A stretch of DNA of 63,762 bases, the filler included, from Dicyema japonicum (taxonomy: Eukaryota > Animalia > Dicyemida), in NCBI GenBank assembly GCA_011109175.1. It is 4 parts of 4 records of this genome, joined end to end, with 100 filler letters (N's around TTAATTAATTAA, not from the genome) between each part and the next. Parts side by side here need not be neighbours in the genome. Positions count along the whole stretch, not along the records: positions 1 to 29,426 come from RDEW01000020.1; positions 29,527 to 55,511 come from RDEW01000045.1; 2 more parts are not named here. One strand, written 5' to 3'. A program made the position numbers and the translations under genes. A model generated the notes under the pieces. That model searched no databases and was not told the origin of the DNA. It saw nothing but the letters and a program-made list of their open reading frames with translations. This document shows positions 25,027 to 37,470 of this stretch, in pieces. How positions within the stretch are numbered: the first letter of the stretch is position 1; the number at the start of each line of letters is the position of its first letter.

Positions 25027-26958
25027 ATGTCCTATATAGAACCTTCTATTCAACTAAACAACGACTCCTCGTCCTCAACGGAAGACAACAAGACCCCCAT
25101 GTAATTATTTAGTCATAACCTTATAGCTATAAAAACACTACCAATGACGAAAATCTTATCGATATTAAGTTGTCTAGTCCAATGGAGTTTGGTGGGTTTC
25201 TTTACTCTGGAGTATCCTCAGACAAATTGGAACAACGGGGGAATGCCAGTATCCCCCTAGGCTATTTGGGATCTATTGAACTTGATGTAAACCTTTCCCT
25301 TTCCATGAAGGCCATTCTGTTTACATTCAGTCGAAAGAAAATACAAGAAAATATTACTTTGGTGCTATACAACAACGGGTTGGCAATCCAGTCTTCAGCT
25401 GGATCCACTCTGGCAGTCTATCCAGCCAGTTCATTGATTCTTTTCGCCTACTTTGGAATACAGGTCCGTCATCTGGTTCTAGTAGTCATTCACAGAGAAA
25501 ACAACACCAAAAAGTGTATGAGTCACCTCCTCTTTGACGAATACGACCCACAGAACCCTATTCCTGTTGTCAACTCCCCTATATTTTACACAATTTCCGA
25601 TCTTTTTTCCTTACCTAACGAAGAGACATCCAAAATGAACAAGTTTTTCAAGAAAATGGGGTTCATTTTGGGTAGTCCCCGTCATTGTACTTTTTATGAC
25701 TCCTGTACCCCTTCAATTACATCAACATCCTGTTTATCAGAGTCATCTCCTATATCCGAGTTCTATAAACGAATGACAACCTCATTGTTACAACCAATTA
25801 GGACGGGGGTAAGGTTTCCAATAATTCGTAATCACGTGGCTGAGAGAGGGATACAACTACTGGATAATGGACTAAAGACTAATGCATCATCATGCTACTC
25901 AGGATCAATGGTTAGTCACTTATTATGTCTACATTATTATAATATTACATAATCACTTGGTTACACTTTGGTTAGTTATATTACTATATTCTCTAAATTG
26001 AGTTGATTTATAAATATACTGGTTATGTGCCTGTTATTGCTCCTACTCACCCAAATTATTATATTAAAAGTGAAACATTCATTATATTCTTGCTTTTTAT
26101 TGAGTAAAATATTATATTGATGTGCACAAATATCCCTGCTTGAATGTAATAAAAATGTCTGTTATAAATGGGAGTGACATGAATGATATATTACTGTTGG
26201 ATTGTATTCCTTATGCATTGTAACTACTGACAATCATTGTTGTTTATCGCTTTACTGTGCCGTATATAAACTGCTGTAATATGCATCGTAGATGGGTATT
26301 AGGCTTATTAATCAAATATTTTACTCTGTTAAGGTTGGATGTGTTCTTTTTTTACTACAATATGGCTTAATGCTGTAGGACTATAATCAGGACACTCATG
26401 TGGAGGTTACTTTCCCGGATTTGATGACTGTACTTCAGGATTCGGCCATGTATAAACTGTTTGAGGAGTTTTGTGTCGGGGAGTTTAGTCAAGAGAACGT
26501 TAAGTTTTGGAAGAGGGTTGAGAAATACCGTAAAATAAACAATCCGGACAAAGTTTGGACTATTCTAACATTCAGAGACACTTTGAGGCGCTGACTATAT
26601 ACAAAAAATTTATACAATCAGATTGCCGATATGATCTTAACTTGCTGCCCTCAACAACCAAGGAAATTTGTGAGGGACTGTGTACTTGTACTCCCACTCT
26701 ATTTGACAAGGCTCAAAGAGAGGTATTACTTGAGGGAAACTCAGATTTACACGTTGATGAACGACGACACTTTCGAACGGTTTAGAGTGTCCAACTACGC
26801 GGAGACTGTATTCTCTATAGAAAAGAGACGGAAGAAAGTGCAGACTATGTCATCTGTAGTTGATGTAATGAGTTGTAGAAGCAAGGAATTAAGACAAAGT
26901 GGAAGCTTCTGTATTCTCCTGCTAAGCTCTCTAATTCACTCCCACGATCATTTAAATG
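25027..26958 (+). CDS. RGS12: RGS12/loco-like protein: PTB domain + RGS domain; 3' end uncertain
   Basis: GYLGSIEL...VYPASSLILFA (RGS12-type PTB); LQDSAMYKLFEEFCVGEFSQENVKFW...IYKKFI...FDKAQREIYTLMNDDTFERF (RGS); introns of 22-29 nt plus one of 468 nt (25911-26378); no RBD or GoLoco seen. Confidence 0.78.
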
Positions 26959-26980
26959 ATATATTTATTATAATAAATTG

Positions 26981-27173
26981 TTATCTCTCTGTTATTTTCT
27001 TTAATAAGGCCGGGTCCTTTATTCCCCGTAGTGTTTCCTTTTCACGTCTTTTCTTGGCTGCTTCTATCAATTTTTGTCGTTTTTCTTCCTTTGGTTTAGT
27101 TACATTGTACTTTTGATTCTGTTATGATTGGTTCGTGAGAGTTGTTCATTGGACAACACATTAAAGACCCCAT
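26981..27173 (-). CDS. SVIP: Small VCP/p97-interacting protein, 56 aa, one 22-nt intron (27089-27110)
   Basis: MGSLMCCP...ESK|EEKRQKLIEAAKKRREKETLRGIKDP: MG + Cys acylation signal and the SVIP VIM-like EEKR.KL.EAA..R...RGI.D motif; absent from the ORF track. Confidence 0.8.
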
Positions 27174-28499
27174 AAAACACTAAAATTCATTTAAAATATT
27201 TATTAATTAATATTATTGCATATACTATTATTAAACTATTACACCGTAAAAGCTTGGGTTATTGTATATTTTCAAACTCTATCCTCCATTTGTTGTCTCT
27301 TAATTTACGCCGCTGTTCTTCTACCAGTTAGTGAGGCCAACTTAACTAACTAATGCTATCCCCATGTCTTACGACCTCAGTTTTAGTGAGACATATAAGA
27401 CTCTAAGAGACAATACAAATTATACAAAAGACATTTAATCTTGTGAGTCTTTGGCTTAGAAAAAAACCTAATCGGAAAAATCAGATCTAAAGTTGTTCAC
27501 TTTTCACGAATGCTAGACGAGGATGATGCTAGAAGACATCTTCATTGACACTCCAATCCAAACCATATAGGCCACCAACATTTTCAGCAGACCTAATTTT
27601 AATTTATCCTCCTGAAACACTTATGCTCTAACGGAGATAAAAACTTCTAAGGACTGTCGACCTACCTAGCATATAATACCATTAATCGTGTCTACTACTC
27701 CTAAGGACTGTCGACCTACCTAGCATATTACCTTCTTGGAAATATAATTCTCAACCTCGGCCAATTATACAAGTAAACATACAAAATGGCAATGGAATCT
27801 AGTAGACACAAATAATGGGTTGAGGCGCTACATGACATTATTAATTCTTTAATCGTGCCTTTGATTATATTGAATTCCCTTTCATTTGGATTAAGATTGA
27901 TAACATAAATAGGAAGACTGAATTTCTGAGTGGTTCACTGAGAAGATGGTTTGATTGGTCACATGTCAGTTGGATAATCTGGTAACATTAATTTGAATTT
28001 TTTAACATTTTAAACAGAAACAAATGCATTAACAACAAATCATGTAAAGAGACAGTGGACATTCCCAGGCTCTTTGAAAACCATATCCACAGTCGCGTTT
28101 CCAATTTTGTAGACCCGTTCTTTTAACCGGAGGTTTCAATGGTGATTGAGACCAATCAGAGAGTATTTCTTAGTTTCATTTGTAATTAGACTCAACTTCA
28201 AATTTAGTCATATTATTCATTTTGTATATTAGCAATAATTGTGGATCAAAAGCAAAATAAGAGATTCCACCAAATACCCGTTCCTCCTTGAGTCTTGGAT
28301 GTCTCACAGAAACTATGAGATCGTAAGATTGTGAGATAATCATATATTTTTCTGTAAAGCTGTAAAAATTCCTATTTGTATGTAGATTGGCAAAATATAA
28401 GCGAATTTAAGGTTCATTGATTGTTACTAATTTAAGCCGCACTGTAACATTTATTTTATCAGAAACCGCATTTTTTTATATTTGATAAATATTGTCTGA

Positions 28500-29089
<590 letters not shown>

Positions 29090-29426
29090 TATGTCCTTTA
29101 ATCCCCAATTAACTTATTCGCTATAAATTTAATTCTTTATTACTTTATAATGAGGAATATCGCAAAATGAGGGTTATTCGTCAAGTTCTGGTGGGACATA
29201 TGAGTGCTGCTTATTGATATTAGTTGAAATGACCGAGAACATGATTTTACATAACATAAGACCTTAATAGGTCTTACTAATTTAAAGACCAAGGATCACA
29301 TTTAAATTAAGAAAAAACAAGGTAATTATGTGAGGTGAACGACTATCAAACTTATGGAAAGCAAATGGGTTCCCGAGAAAAACAACTAGCAAAGAAGGGA
29401 TGGTTGTTGAGAGAATCAGGAATCAT

Positions 29427-29526
29427 NNNNNNNNNNNNNNNNNNNNNNNNNNNNNNNNNNNNNNNNNNNNTTAATTAATTAANNNNNNNNNNNNNNNNNN
29501 NNNNNNNNNNNNNNNNNNNNNNNNNN
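29427..29526. other. Artificial contig spacer N44-TTAATTAATTAA-N44
   Basis: Identical 100-nt structure at three places; the core has stops in all six frames. Confidence 0.95.
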
Positions 29527-30250
29527 TTATCATGATTACTAATGAAATACTATACCTATAACCAGCATGGCAATACTATGTGTGTTTGGTATTATGACTA
29601 TTTATTTCAACTTTGAAAAACTAAAATTTTAGTTTTCACAACTAATTGATAGGGTATTTTTCTCTAGCGTTTTTCTCAAAGTTCCTATCGCTTTCCTTTA
29701 CTCGTACAATTCCTTTTTATGATGGTTTGTAAAAATTTGAATTTCTTGTTGTAGTTGAGGAACTCTGAAGCTTCTTCCACTGTGAATTCTGATGAATGGA
29801 TATCTTTCGTTTTTCTTGACACAAGTTAACCATAATGAAAGAACCAGAAAAGGAAGTCATTGAGATAATTTCGAGTCTATGCATCTTGAAGCACCATACC
29901 TCTATGGCAAGAAATATTTTCATTTCCTCAAAATGGATGCGACCTCCCGTTTCTCTTTATGGAGCTTTGGAAGCATTAGATGCACCAAGTTAGTAAATGT
30001 CGGATACAATATGCTCGGAATAAAATTAAAAGAACTTTGGCAACTCTACCTTGAGGAAAACAAGAGAATTCCAAATCCTCAATCCTTTGAAAAGCGCAAA
30101 TCCCCCCTCTCAAAAAAAGATGTAAAATTAAAATCTAAATTTGATATTAAATTTAAAAACTTTAGAAGGAAGAAAAACAGAAAAATCGCTTAGCGGAAAA
30201 AAAATCTCCAATTATAAAAAAAGTGAAAATAACCGGCAGTTGTCATAAAA

Positions 30251-30893
30251 ATGCTTTCTAAAATTATTAAAAAGTAAAGTTCTGTATTTTATATTATAGA
30301 CACAAAAGATCCAAATGTCATTCAATCACTGAGCAATATACAATGGATTTTAAAGCCGCTTTTGAGGATCCCACAAGAAACGAGACCGATTTAGAAAAAA
30401 TCGCATTTATGAAAACCAATGAATACGCTTTCAGGCACCTAAACAGAGTTCTGAGACAGCACATTGAAAATCCTGTAAATTTAACATTTGAAAATTCTAA
30501 TCAATTTAGGCTTTTTCAGATTCTCAGGATAGTGTGGAGGGGGATTGTGAGATTTACAAGAAAATGCATGAAAATCGGATGAAATATCTGAGTGAGCATC
30601 CTGAAAATGAAATTGAAGACTTTGAATGTGATGATGGTGATCAGTCCCCACAACGTAGCAACGAGTAAATAAGCTGCACTTAATATTTTAGTGAGACTCA
30701 GACTATTCAAGCGAGTGGCCTTTCGGAAGGTGACGAGAAACTGTTTGAAAAAGATAAACGAAGAAATCCTGCTAAAATGACGTCTTCATTAAGTAAAAAA
30801 CCAACGAAAAAATGTCAATCAGTTTATGGGAAAAACAGAAGAAACAAGTGGTGCAAAAAATGTCGACAAAAACGGGCATGCATTCGTTTCTAA
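30251..30893 (+). CDS. Small protein with a C-terminal C-clamp (ZNF395/ZNF704/SLC2A4RG- and TCF-type); three introns of 26-35 nt
   Basis: Open spliced frame from MLSKIIKK to ...SKKPTKKCQSVYGKNRRNKWCKKCRQKRACIRF*, matching the HDBP C-clamp pattern KKCRKVYG......WC..CR.K.AC.RF at the extreme C-terminus. Confidence 0.75.
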
Positions 30894-31189
30894 AAATATT
30901 ACCTTTGTTTGAGTTAATTTTGATTAAAATTTAATAAAATTTTGATATTTCGGGTAAAATTAGTAATCTTTATTGGGGAATAGAAACAGAGACAAGTCAT
31001 GCTCTAGGTGACAATAAAAAGTAATTATTGACAAAAATGATGTCCATACCCAGGCGATGTGCAAACCATCTCCGTCCGCGATAGTCTCTAAATTGCCCCG
31101 CAATATGATTNAGCCTCCTCAGACAGGTTCGATTCTGGTTGCTGAAACAACTCCGAGAGCGCCTTGTCCAATTGAACCCTCTGCGCATA

Positions 31190-31700
31190 TGGTATCTCCG
31201 GGCTCTGCCTCCTATACTTCAGTGTCAGGCTTTCTAGGGTCAGCTATAATACAGTAGACTGTAAATAGGCCTGGAGCTTCCTATCTACCCCTAACTGCTT
31301 CAGATATCCCTTGTGGTACTTTGTTGCAATTTCCCACGTCATTACTATTGGAACAACAAGAACCTTGCAACCAAGCATCTGCCCCATCTCTTTTGCAGGC
31401 AAGTCATAATTCCTTTTTTTTCTCCACCTCCACAGTCTCAAACGGTCTTGAGATGTAGTATCAACCTCTATGATAGGGACTTGATCAGACTCCTTATCGT
31501 GTACCACAATGTACGGTTTTTGTGCTTGACTAGCACCGAAGAACGGATAACACTGTTTACCTTAATTTGGACCCTGGTGTTCTTTACTACAGATTGCACC
31601 TTATGAGTCTGCAAAGGCGGCTCAATGGCTCCAAACAGAGAACAAAAAGCAGTGGAGACATGCTATCTCTATGTAGAATTCCCCTCTTGAGTTTTATTTT
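31190..31700 (-). mobile_element. Internally deleted non-LTR retrotransposon with a restriction-like (REL) endonuclease (R2/R4 group)
   Basis: GILHRDSMSPLLFVLCLEPLSRL (RT) followed by VVHDKE..IIEVDTTSQDRL...GCKVLVVPIVMTW..TKYHKGYLKQLG...AYLQSTVL..TLESL. Confidence 0.6.
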
Positions 31701-32616
31701 GCCTATCCGATCATTTATTTAAAATACTTTTATTTTTTCTTAATAATTAAATATTTAATTTTTTATTAATTTTTNACACTGTTTACCTTAATTTGGACCC
31801 TGGTGTTCTTTACTACAGATTGCACCTTATGAGTCTGCAAAGGCGGCTCAATGGCTCCAAACAGAGAACAAAAAGCAGTGGAGACATGCTATCTCCCTGT
31901 AGAATTCCCCTCTTGAGTTTTATTTTGCCTATCCGATCATTTATTTAAAATACTTTTATTTTTTCTTAATAATTAAATATTTAATTTTTTAGTAATTTTT
32001 TAATAAATTCTTAATATAAATATGAATCATTTAATATGTCAGGGCATATTTAATTTCTTTTTAGTTCTTTTCATCAGCTTCATCGTCTTAGATATCAAAG
32101 TGATAACTTGGAACTTCAAAGAAAATAATAGTACTATAGCAGTGATGATGGGTTCAATATCAATTAAATATTATGTACATCGAGGAGTTAGCAAAATTTT
32201 ATTTTTAGCAAATAATTTGTAAATTCGGCAAAAGTGCTTTGTTTGAACTTTTGAGAGTCTATTATTCAAATGAAACAATGAATTATGATATTTATGCTTA
32301 TTTGACCATGTAGGAGTATCAAATTTTATTTAAAGTTTCGACTACACGTTATTCATACGCAATACATGAAATCGTAGTTACAAACGGTTCTGGTAAGTAT
32401 TTTATGTTTAATTTAGATGTGTTCCTTGTTGGAAATTTTCAAATGACTCGGAGTATCAAATTTTATTTAAAGTTTCGACTACACGTTATTCATACACAAT
32501 ACATGAAATCGTAGTTACAATAGGTTCTGGTAAGTATTTTATGTTTAATTTAGATGTATTCCTTGTTAGAAATTTTCAAATGACTCAGTGGTTTGACAAA
32601 TATTGTGAATGTGATA

Positions 32617-33685
32617 TATTATTATTATTATTATTACAGCACTTATCGCCTTGCCATAATAGTTATAGCAAAGCATGTGCAATACAAGAAACAATGTTAT
32701 TAGTTAGCCTCTTCCATCCTCCACGGTTACACGCAGTCGATCTCAGCATGTCCAGATCGTCTCCCGTCTTTAGGCATTTCTTCATCCTTTGGAGGTCTTT
32801 GTGCAGCATGATAGGTAGGGTCATCCTTGGTCTGCCACGGAAGCATTTGCCCTCGAACATGAAATGGTCCTCCATCGCCACATTAGCCGGGGCAGCAAGA
32901 TCCATGCGTAGTACGTGACCAAACAGTCTCCACCGGGCGTCAGTGATATCCTGGCTTAGAGGCCTACTCTTGCATTTTTTGTAAATACCGGTATTCGAGA
33001 TTCTGGCTGGCCACTGCATGCCAAATAATACTCTAAGCTGTTTTCTGTGGAACCCATCGAGAGCCATTAATTCCGCACCTGTACAGGCCCAAGTACCAGC
33101 ATTGTATGTCAGTATCGGTTTCACAAATGCATTGTACATGCGTATCCGCAGATTGACATCTAGTCCTTTCAGCCATTCCTTTTTGAGTTTTCGCATTGCT
33201 ACTCCTGCAAGTGTTTTCCTTTTGATGATGTCTTCTGTGTCCCCCAGTAGGGATTCAAGCTTATTAACATGTCGCCAACGTTCATTAAGGATGTTGTCCA
33301 TTCTTTTGATTTCCGTTTTGGCCCGGTTAACGATGAGGAACCATTCCCCCAGTTTGTCCGGTGCATTTTCCAGCAGATGTGTGAGAGCTTCTGTATCCTC
33401 GGATATAAAATCCACATCATCCGCGTATACGACTTCGTTTATTTTTCCTTCATAGCAAGTTCTTAGATCCTTTAGTGCAGCTTCGAGATATATCACAAAG
33501 TGCATTTTCCAGCAGATGTGTGAGAGCTTCTGTATCCTCGGATATAAAATCCACATCATCCGCGTATACGACTTCGTTTATTTTTCCTTCATAGCAAGTT
33601 CTTAGATCCTTTAGTGCAGCTTCGAGATATATCACAAATAGTAAGGGGAGAGGGAGTCTCCCTCAGGTATAGGCACAAACTTATC
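32617..33685 (-). mobile_element. 5'-truncated, well-preserved RTE-type LINE with a (TAA)n tail
   Basis: EGDSLSPLLFVIYLEAAL, YADDVDF, MYNAFVKPILTYNAGTW, FHRKQLR, RWRLFGHVLR, RGRPRMTL; open to the stop at 32663; (TAA)n tail at ~32617-32636; 139-nt duplication at 33361-33638. Confidence 0.9.
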
Positions 33686-33794
33686 AAAAATAATATTTTT
33701 ACCATTTAGCTATTATTTTATAAAAAAATAAATATTATTTAAAATAATATATTTTAAATTTTCTAATATAAATTTCTCGAATTTTCTATAAGGC

Positions 33795-34893
33795 ATGGCT
33801 GAGCAAGTTTGTTATTATCTGTATATAATAGGAGAAACTCATTGGAAACCAAGAATATAAGAAAAGAAACTTCACTGTAGCCTTGGAACACTACAACAAG
33901 GCCAGAGAACTAGAACCAAACGAGATGGTCTACCACCTCAATGCAGCAGCCGCCTTGCTGGAACTGAATGAATATGATCAATGTGTTGAGATGTGTCTCG
34001 AAGCCATAAAGGTGGGGGGAGCCAACAGTGCCCCATTTAAAACCGTGGCGAAGTAACTGATAGTATAACCAAACAGGGCCTATGTTCGTGCTGGAAATGC
34101 CCTTTACAAAAAGGGAGATCTTAGAAAGGCCAAAGAGTACTACGATAGGTCATTAATTGAGGACAGAAACTCAGAAATTGTGTCCAAATTGTACCAAATA
34201 GATCGAGAAATAAGAAAGAAGGAGGAAATGGAATACAGGAACACAGAGATTGCAAAACAAGAAAAAGAGAAAGGGAATGCTTTCTTCAAAGCAGGTTACC
34301 CCACAAAATAACCCTCAGGAGAGTATCCAGAGGCAATCAAATGCTATAATGAAGCCATAAAACGTGATCCCGATGATTCTCGTTTGTACAGTAACAGAGC
34401 AGCATGTTTCTCATTGTTGCTTGAATATCCAAGTGCTCTTAAGGACTGTGATATGGCCATCAATTTGGACCCCAGCTTCAGTATTTAATTTACTAATTTT
34501 TAGTAAAACCATATCTGAGACAAGGAGCCATTCATTTTAACATGAAGGAGGTCTATAAGGCCAAGAAGTCGTACGAGGCTGCATTGGAGTTGGACCCAAA
34601 GTGTTCGGTAGGACTGTATCAGCATCGTAGGAAGCAATTGAAGGAGTGAGGAAGTGTTCAAATCATCCCTCCGTAAATATGGACGAAATGCGACAGGAGG
34701 CGATGAAGGACCCTGAGATTCAGGAGATTATAAGCGACCCAGGAATGCGAGCAATATTGGAGCAGGCACAGAGTAACCCCTCTGCATTGATGGAGTATAT
34801 ATTTATTTGTATTATATTAGGCATTTAAAGGATCCTAATATTGCCGCCAAGTTTGAAAAACTCGTTAAATCCGGGATTGTCGGTGTTAAGTAG
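33795..34893 (+). CDS. STIP1: Hsp70/Hsp90 organizing protein (HOP/STI1), TPR2A-TPR2B-DP2 only; six 23-25 nt introns
   Basis: MAEQ|[14 protein letters not shown]...[29 protein letters not shown]...YSNRAAC...[22 protein letters not shown]...[20 protein letters not shown]. Confidence 0.93.
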
Positions 34894-35189
34894 TCGTTAA
34901 TTCACTTTTCAATATTTGGTGTCCTAATTATATTTTTATGTCATTTCATGTTCTCTGTGGATGAATAGTTTTTTACTAACCATGGATATACCTCAGAAGT
35001 TTCATCCAGTTACTCAGTCAGAGGTGGATTGATACTTTACAAGTATTATGCCATCCGATCTGCCATTGTGTGAGGATTACAAGTGGAGTAGAAAAAAGAA
35101 AGATCCTTTTTGGTTGCCGGCCAAGGACTAGGCTTCTAATGAGTTTGGTGGATCATATGATTATCTTAATAATCGAAGGGCAGGAAGTT

Positions 35190-35265
35190 ATCTTTAGACA
35201 AAGTAGGTAGCGGTGTGGTAATCGTTCCCAACGACACGAGCGACAGCACTAACCAGCGTGCCACC
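35190..35265 (-). mobile_element. tRNA-derived SINE head (A box, degenerate B box)
   Basis: Reverse complement GGTGGCACGCTGGTTAGTGCTGTCGCTCGTGTC...CCACACCGCTACCTACTTTGTCTAAAGAT aligns with 10742-10806. Confidence 0.55.
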
Positions 35266-36204
35266 TAATATTGCTGAATAGTTAATTGATCAGTAATCGA
35301 AAAGTTGATCAGGAGGATGGGAAGTTCCCATAAATCAACATTGTACTTTAAAATTGAGAACACGGGGTTTTGACCTTAAAAATGCGACTCAAGTTTATTC
35401 GGTTAACAAGAATTTTCTTTTGACACCAAAAATGTTGTAGTCCTTTTGAAAGGGAAATAGTGCTTGAGAAACAAACTACTGAGATGTCCAGATCCGCGTG
35501 ACCGTAGGCTCACACAGTTGAAAATAATGACGACCACACAAGAAATACGCAGATTAGAAAAAGTTAATAATAATTTTTGGATAGCTCAGTGAATATAGAA
35601 AAAAATCCAAACTTTTGGAAAGTCTATAACAAAGTGACCGGACGTAAACCCAAAAAATTTCATTGTTGCATAAACATGATTGGGTCTCCTGTATCCTTTG
35701 AAGAAATTCCTAACCTATTATGAACTTTCAAAAATACAGCAGGTAAACCCCAACGAGCGCCTGTCTCGTTTGGTTCTATGTTCTCTAAAAGAAGAACTGG
35801 AAAAGTCATTAGTTCTTTACCACTACGTCACAGCCCTATAAATGCTGGAGAAGTTGAAAATGAGGTAAAATGCACTAAGATACAAGATTTTCAAAAAAAG
35901 GACAAGATTTTCAAGGAAGCACTCTATGAATATATGGGATGTCTCTTTCCTTCTGAACACATAGAACGTAATGATTTATAAAAGAAAACCAGTAGGGTTT
36001 CGCAAAAATCGCTCTTGTAGAGATTGTTTGTACAGTCTTAACGCGTCAATTGTGAAGGCTTTGGAAAATGTTTGACAGAATATATCCAAATCTTTCGACA
36101 GTGTGTGGTATCTTGGACTTTTTTTCGTCTTGCAAAATGTGGTATTGAAAAGGAACTTTATTTTTGGATGCCATATTTTTCTAATCTATGCGTCTCGTGA
36201 AATT

Positions 36205-36660
36205 TCGCTAAGAGGTGTCCCTCAGGGTTCAGTGCTCAGTTTTCTATTATTCAACATTGTAATGAGTGAATTACTTTGTCCAGGAAACCCACGTACAGAA
36301 ACGTCATAATTTATGATGTCTCTATAAACCCCATGGTATCTGAGAAACGGTTGAAGACGTACATGGACCAGATGGAAGAGTAGTGTAATGAAAACTTTCA
36401 GTTGCACGTGAGAAGTCTAATCTGGTGAGGATAACTGGAAGCAGGAGGCTGGCTTACCTAAAAAACTCGTTACAAGACATACCTCGGAAGAATACTATGT
36501 AATACCTTAGCGTCCTAATTGACGAGGGAGGTAATTTCATGGAACATTCTAAAAAACGAGAGAAAAAAGCTACGAACACTCATTCTGCGTTAGAAAATTA
36601 AAGCTCGAGTCGGAGACCTTTGTTTATGTCTTCAACTACACAATACTTCCTGCTATACGG
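36205..36660 (+). mobile_element. LINE RT fragment
   Basis: RGVPQGSVLSFLLFNIVMSEL, followed by a degenerate (K)YLGVLID motif. Confidence 0.5.
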
Positions 36661-36758
36661 TTTAGAACAGTGGTATCAAACTCATTTCGCTTCAAAGGCC
36701 GCATTTAAAATAATTTATCATCAAGGGAAGATTAGTTATAATATATTTTTTAAGAACA

Positions 36759-37470
36759 TACAGTAAACTCTCTCAAATATGCCACTTTTAAATTTGCCAT
36801 TTTTATCTATTTTTTCTATTTTTATGATATTTGCCAATTTTGAAATTTGATGTCAGACGATGTGCAACATATTTTCTTTTATTTTTAAAGAGAATCTCAA
36901 GGACAGTCAATGCAATATAATGAATGCAGAATCGATTTTATTTCAGTTCAAGAACAGAAATCCTAAACTAAAAACTTGTAAAATAAAATACCCGGAGCTT
37001 GATGAAAATGATTGGATGGATTCAATGGAATCAGAAGGTACACTATTTACTCTAACATTTAAGGTGCTTTATTGAACGATTCTCAATATTACATAAGGCA
37101 GAATTTTTAGATAAAGAACTTTCGTTAACTAGTTTTAAAAATTCTTACGGGTTTTTGGAGAAATTTAAAAAAAGACAGGGATTTCGAATGCGTGAAATAT
37201 CTGGAAAATATTAAAATTATGTTTATTCCAAAGTACAGTACAGGAGTTATTCAACCTATGGATCTGGAATCATCAAATCTTTCAAAGTTCATTTTACAAG
37301 GCATAAATTACTATATTTAACGGAAATGTTGGAATGCGGAGAAACAACTCAGTAGATGAGTCATATAAGAAATTAAATCTTAGGGATACTGTATTGTTTG
37401 TAAAAATGGCATGGGAAGATGTGAAATCTCAAATAATTTCAAACATTACTTCAATAAGAAAATATTAAAA
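36759..37470 (+). mobile_element. Internally deleted pogo/Tigger transposon
   Basis: TA|CAGTAAACTCTCTC TIR-like start; KIKYPELDE..W (CENP-B HTH), FKNSYGFLEKFKKRQGFRMREISG, FIPKYSTGVIQPMD..IIKSFK and AWEDV (DDE_1 motifs); right TIR not found. Confidence 0.7.

Noticed and set aside
33018-33455. 145-aa plus-strand ORF
   Set aside because: Antisense shadow of the RTE reverse transcriptase frame.
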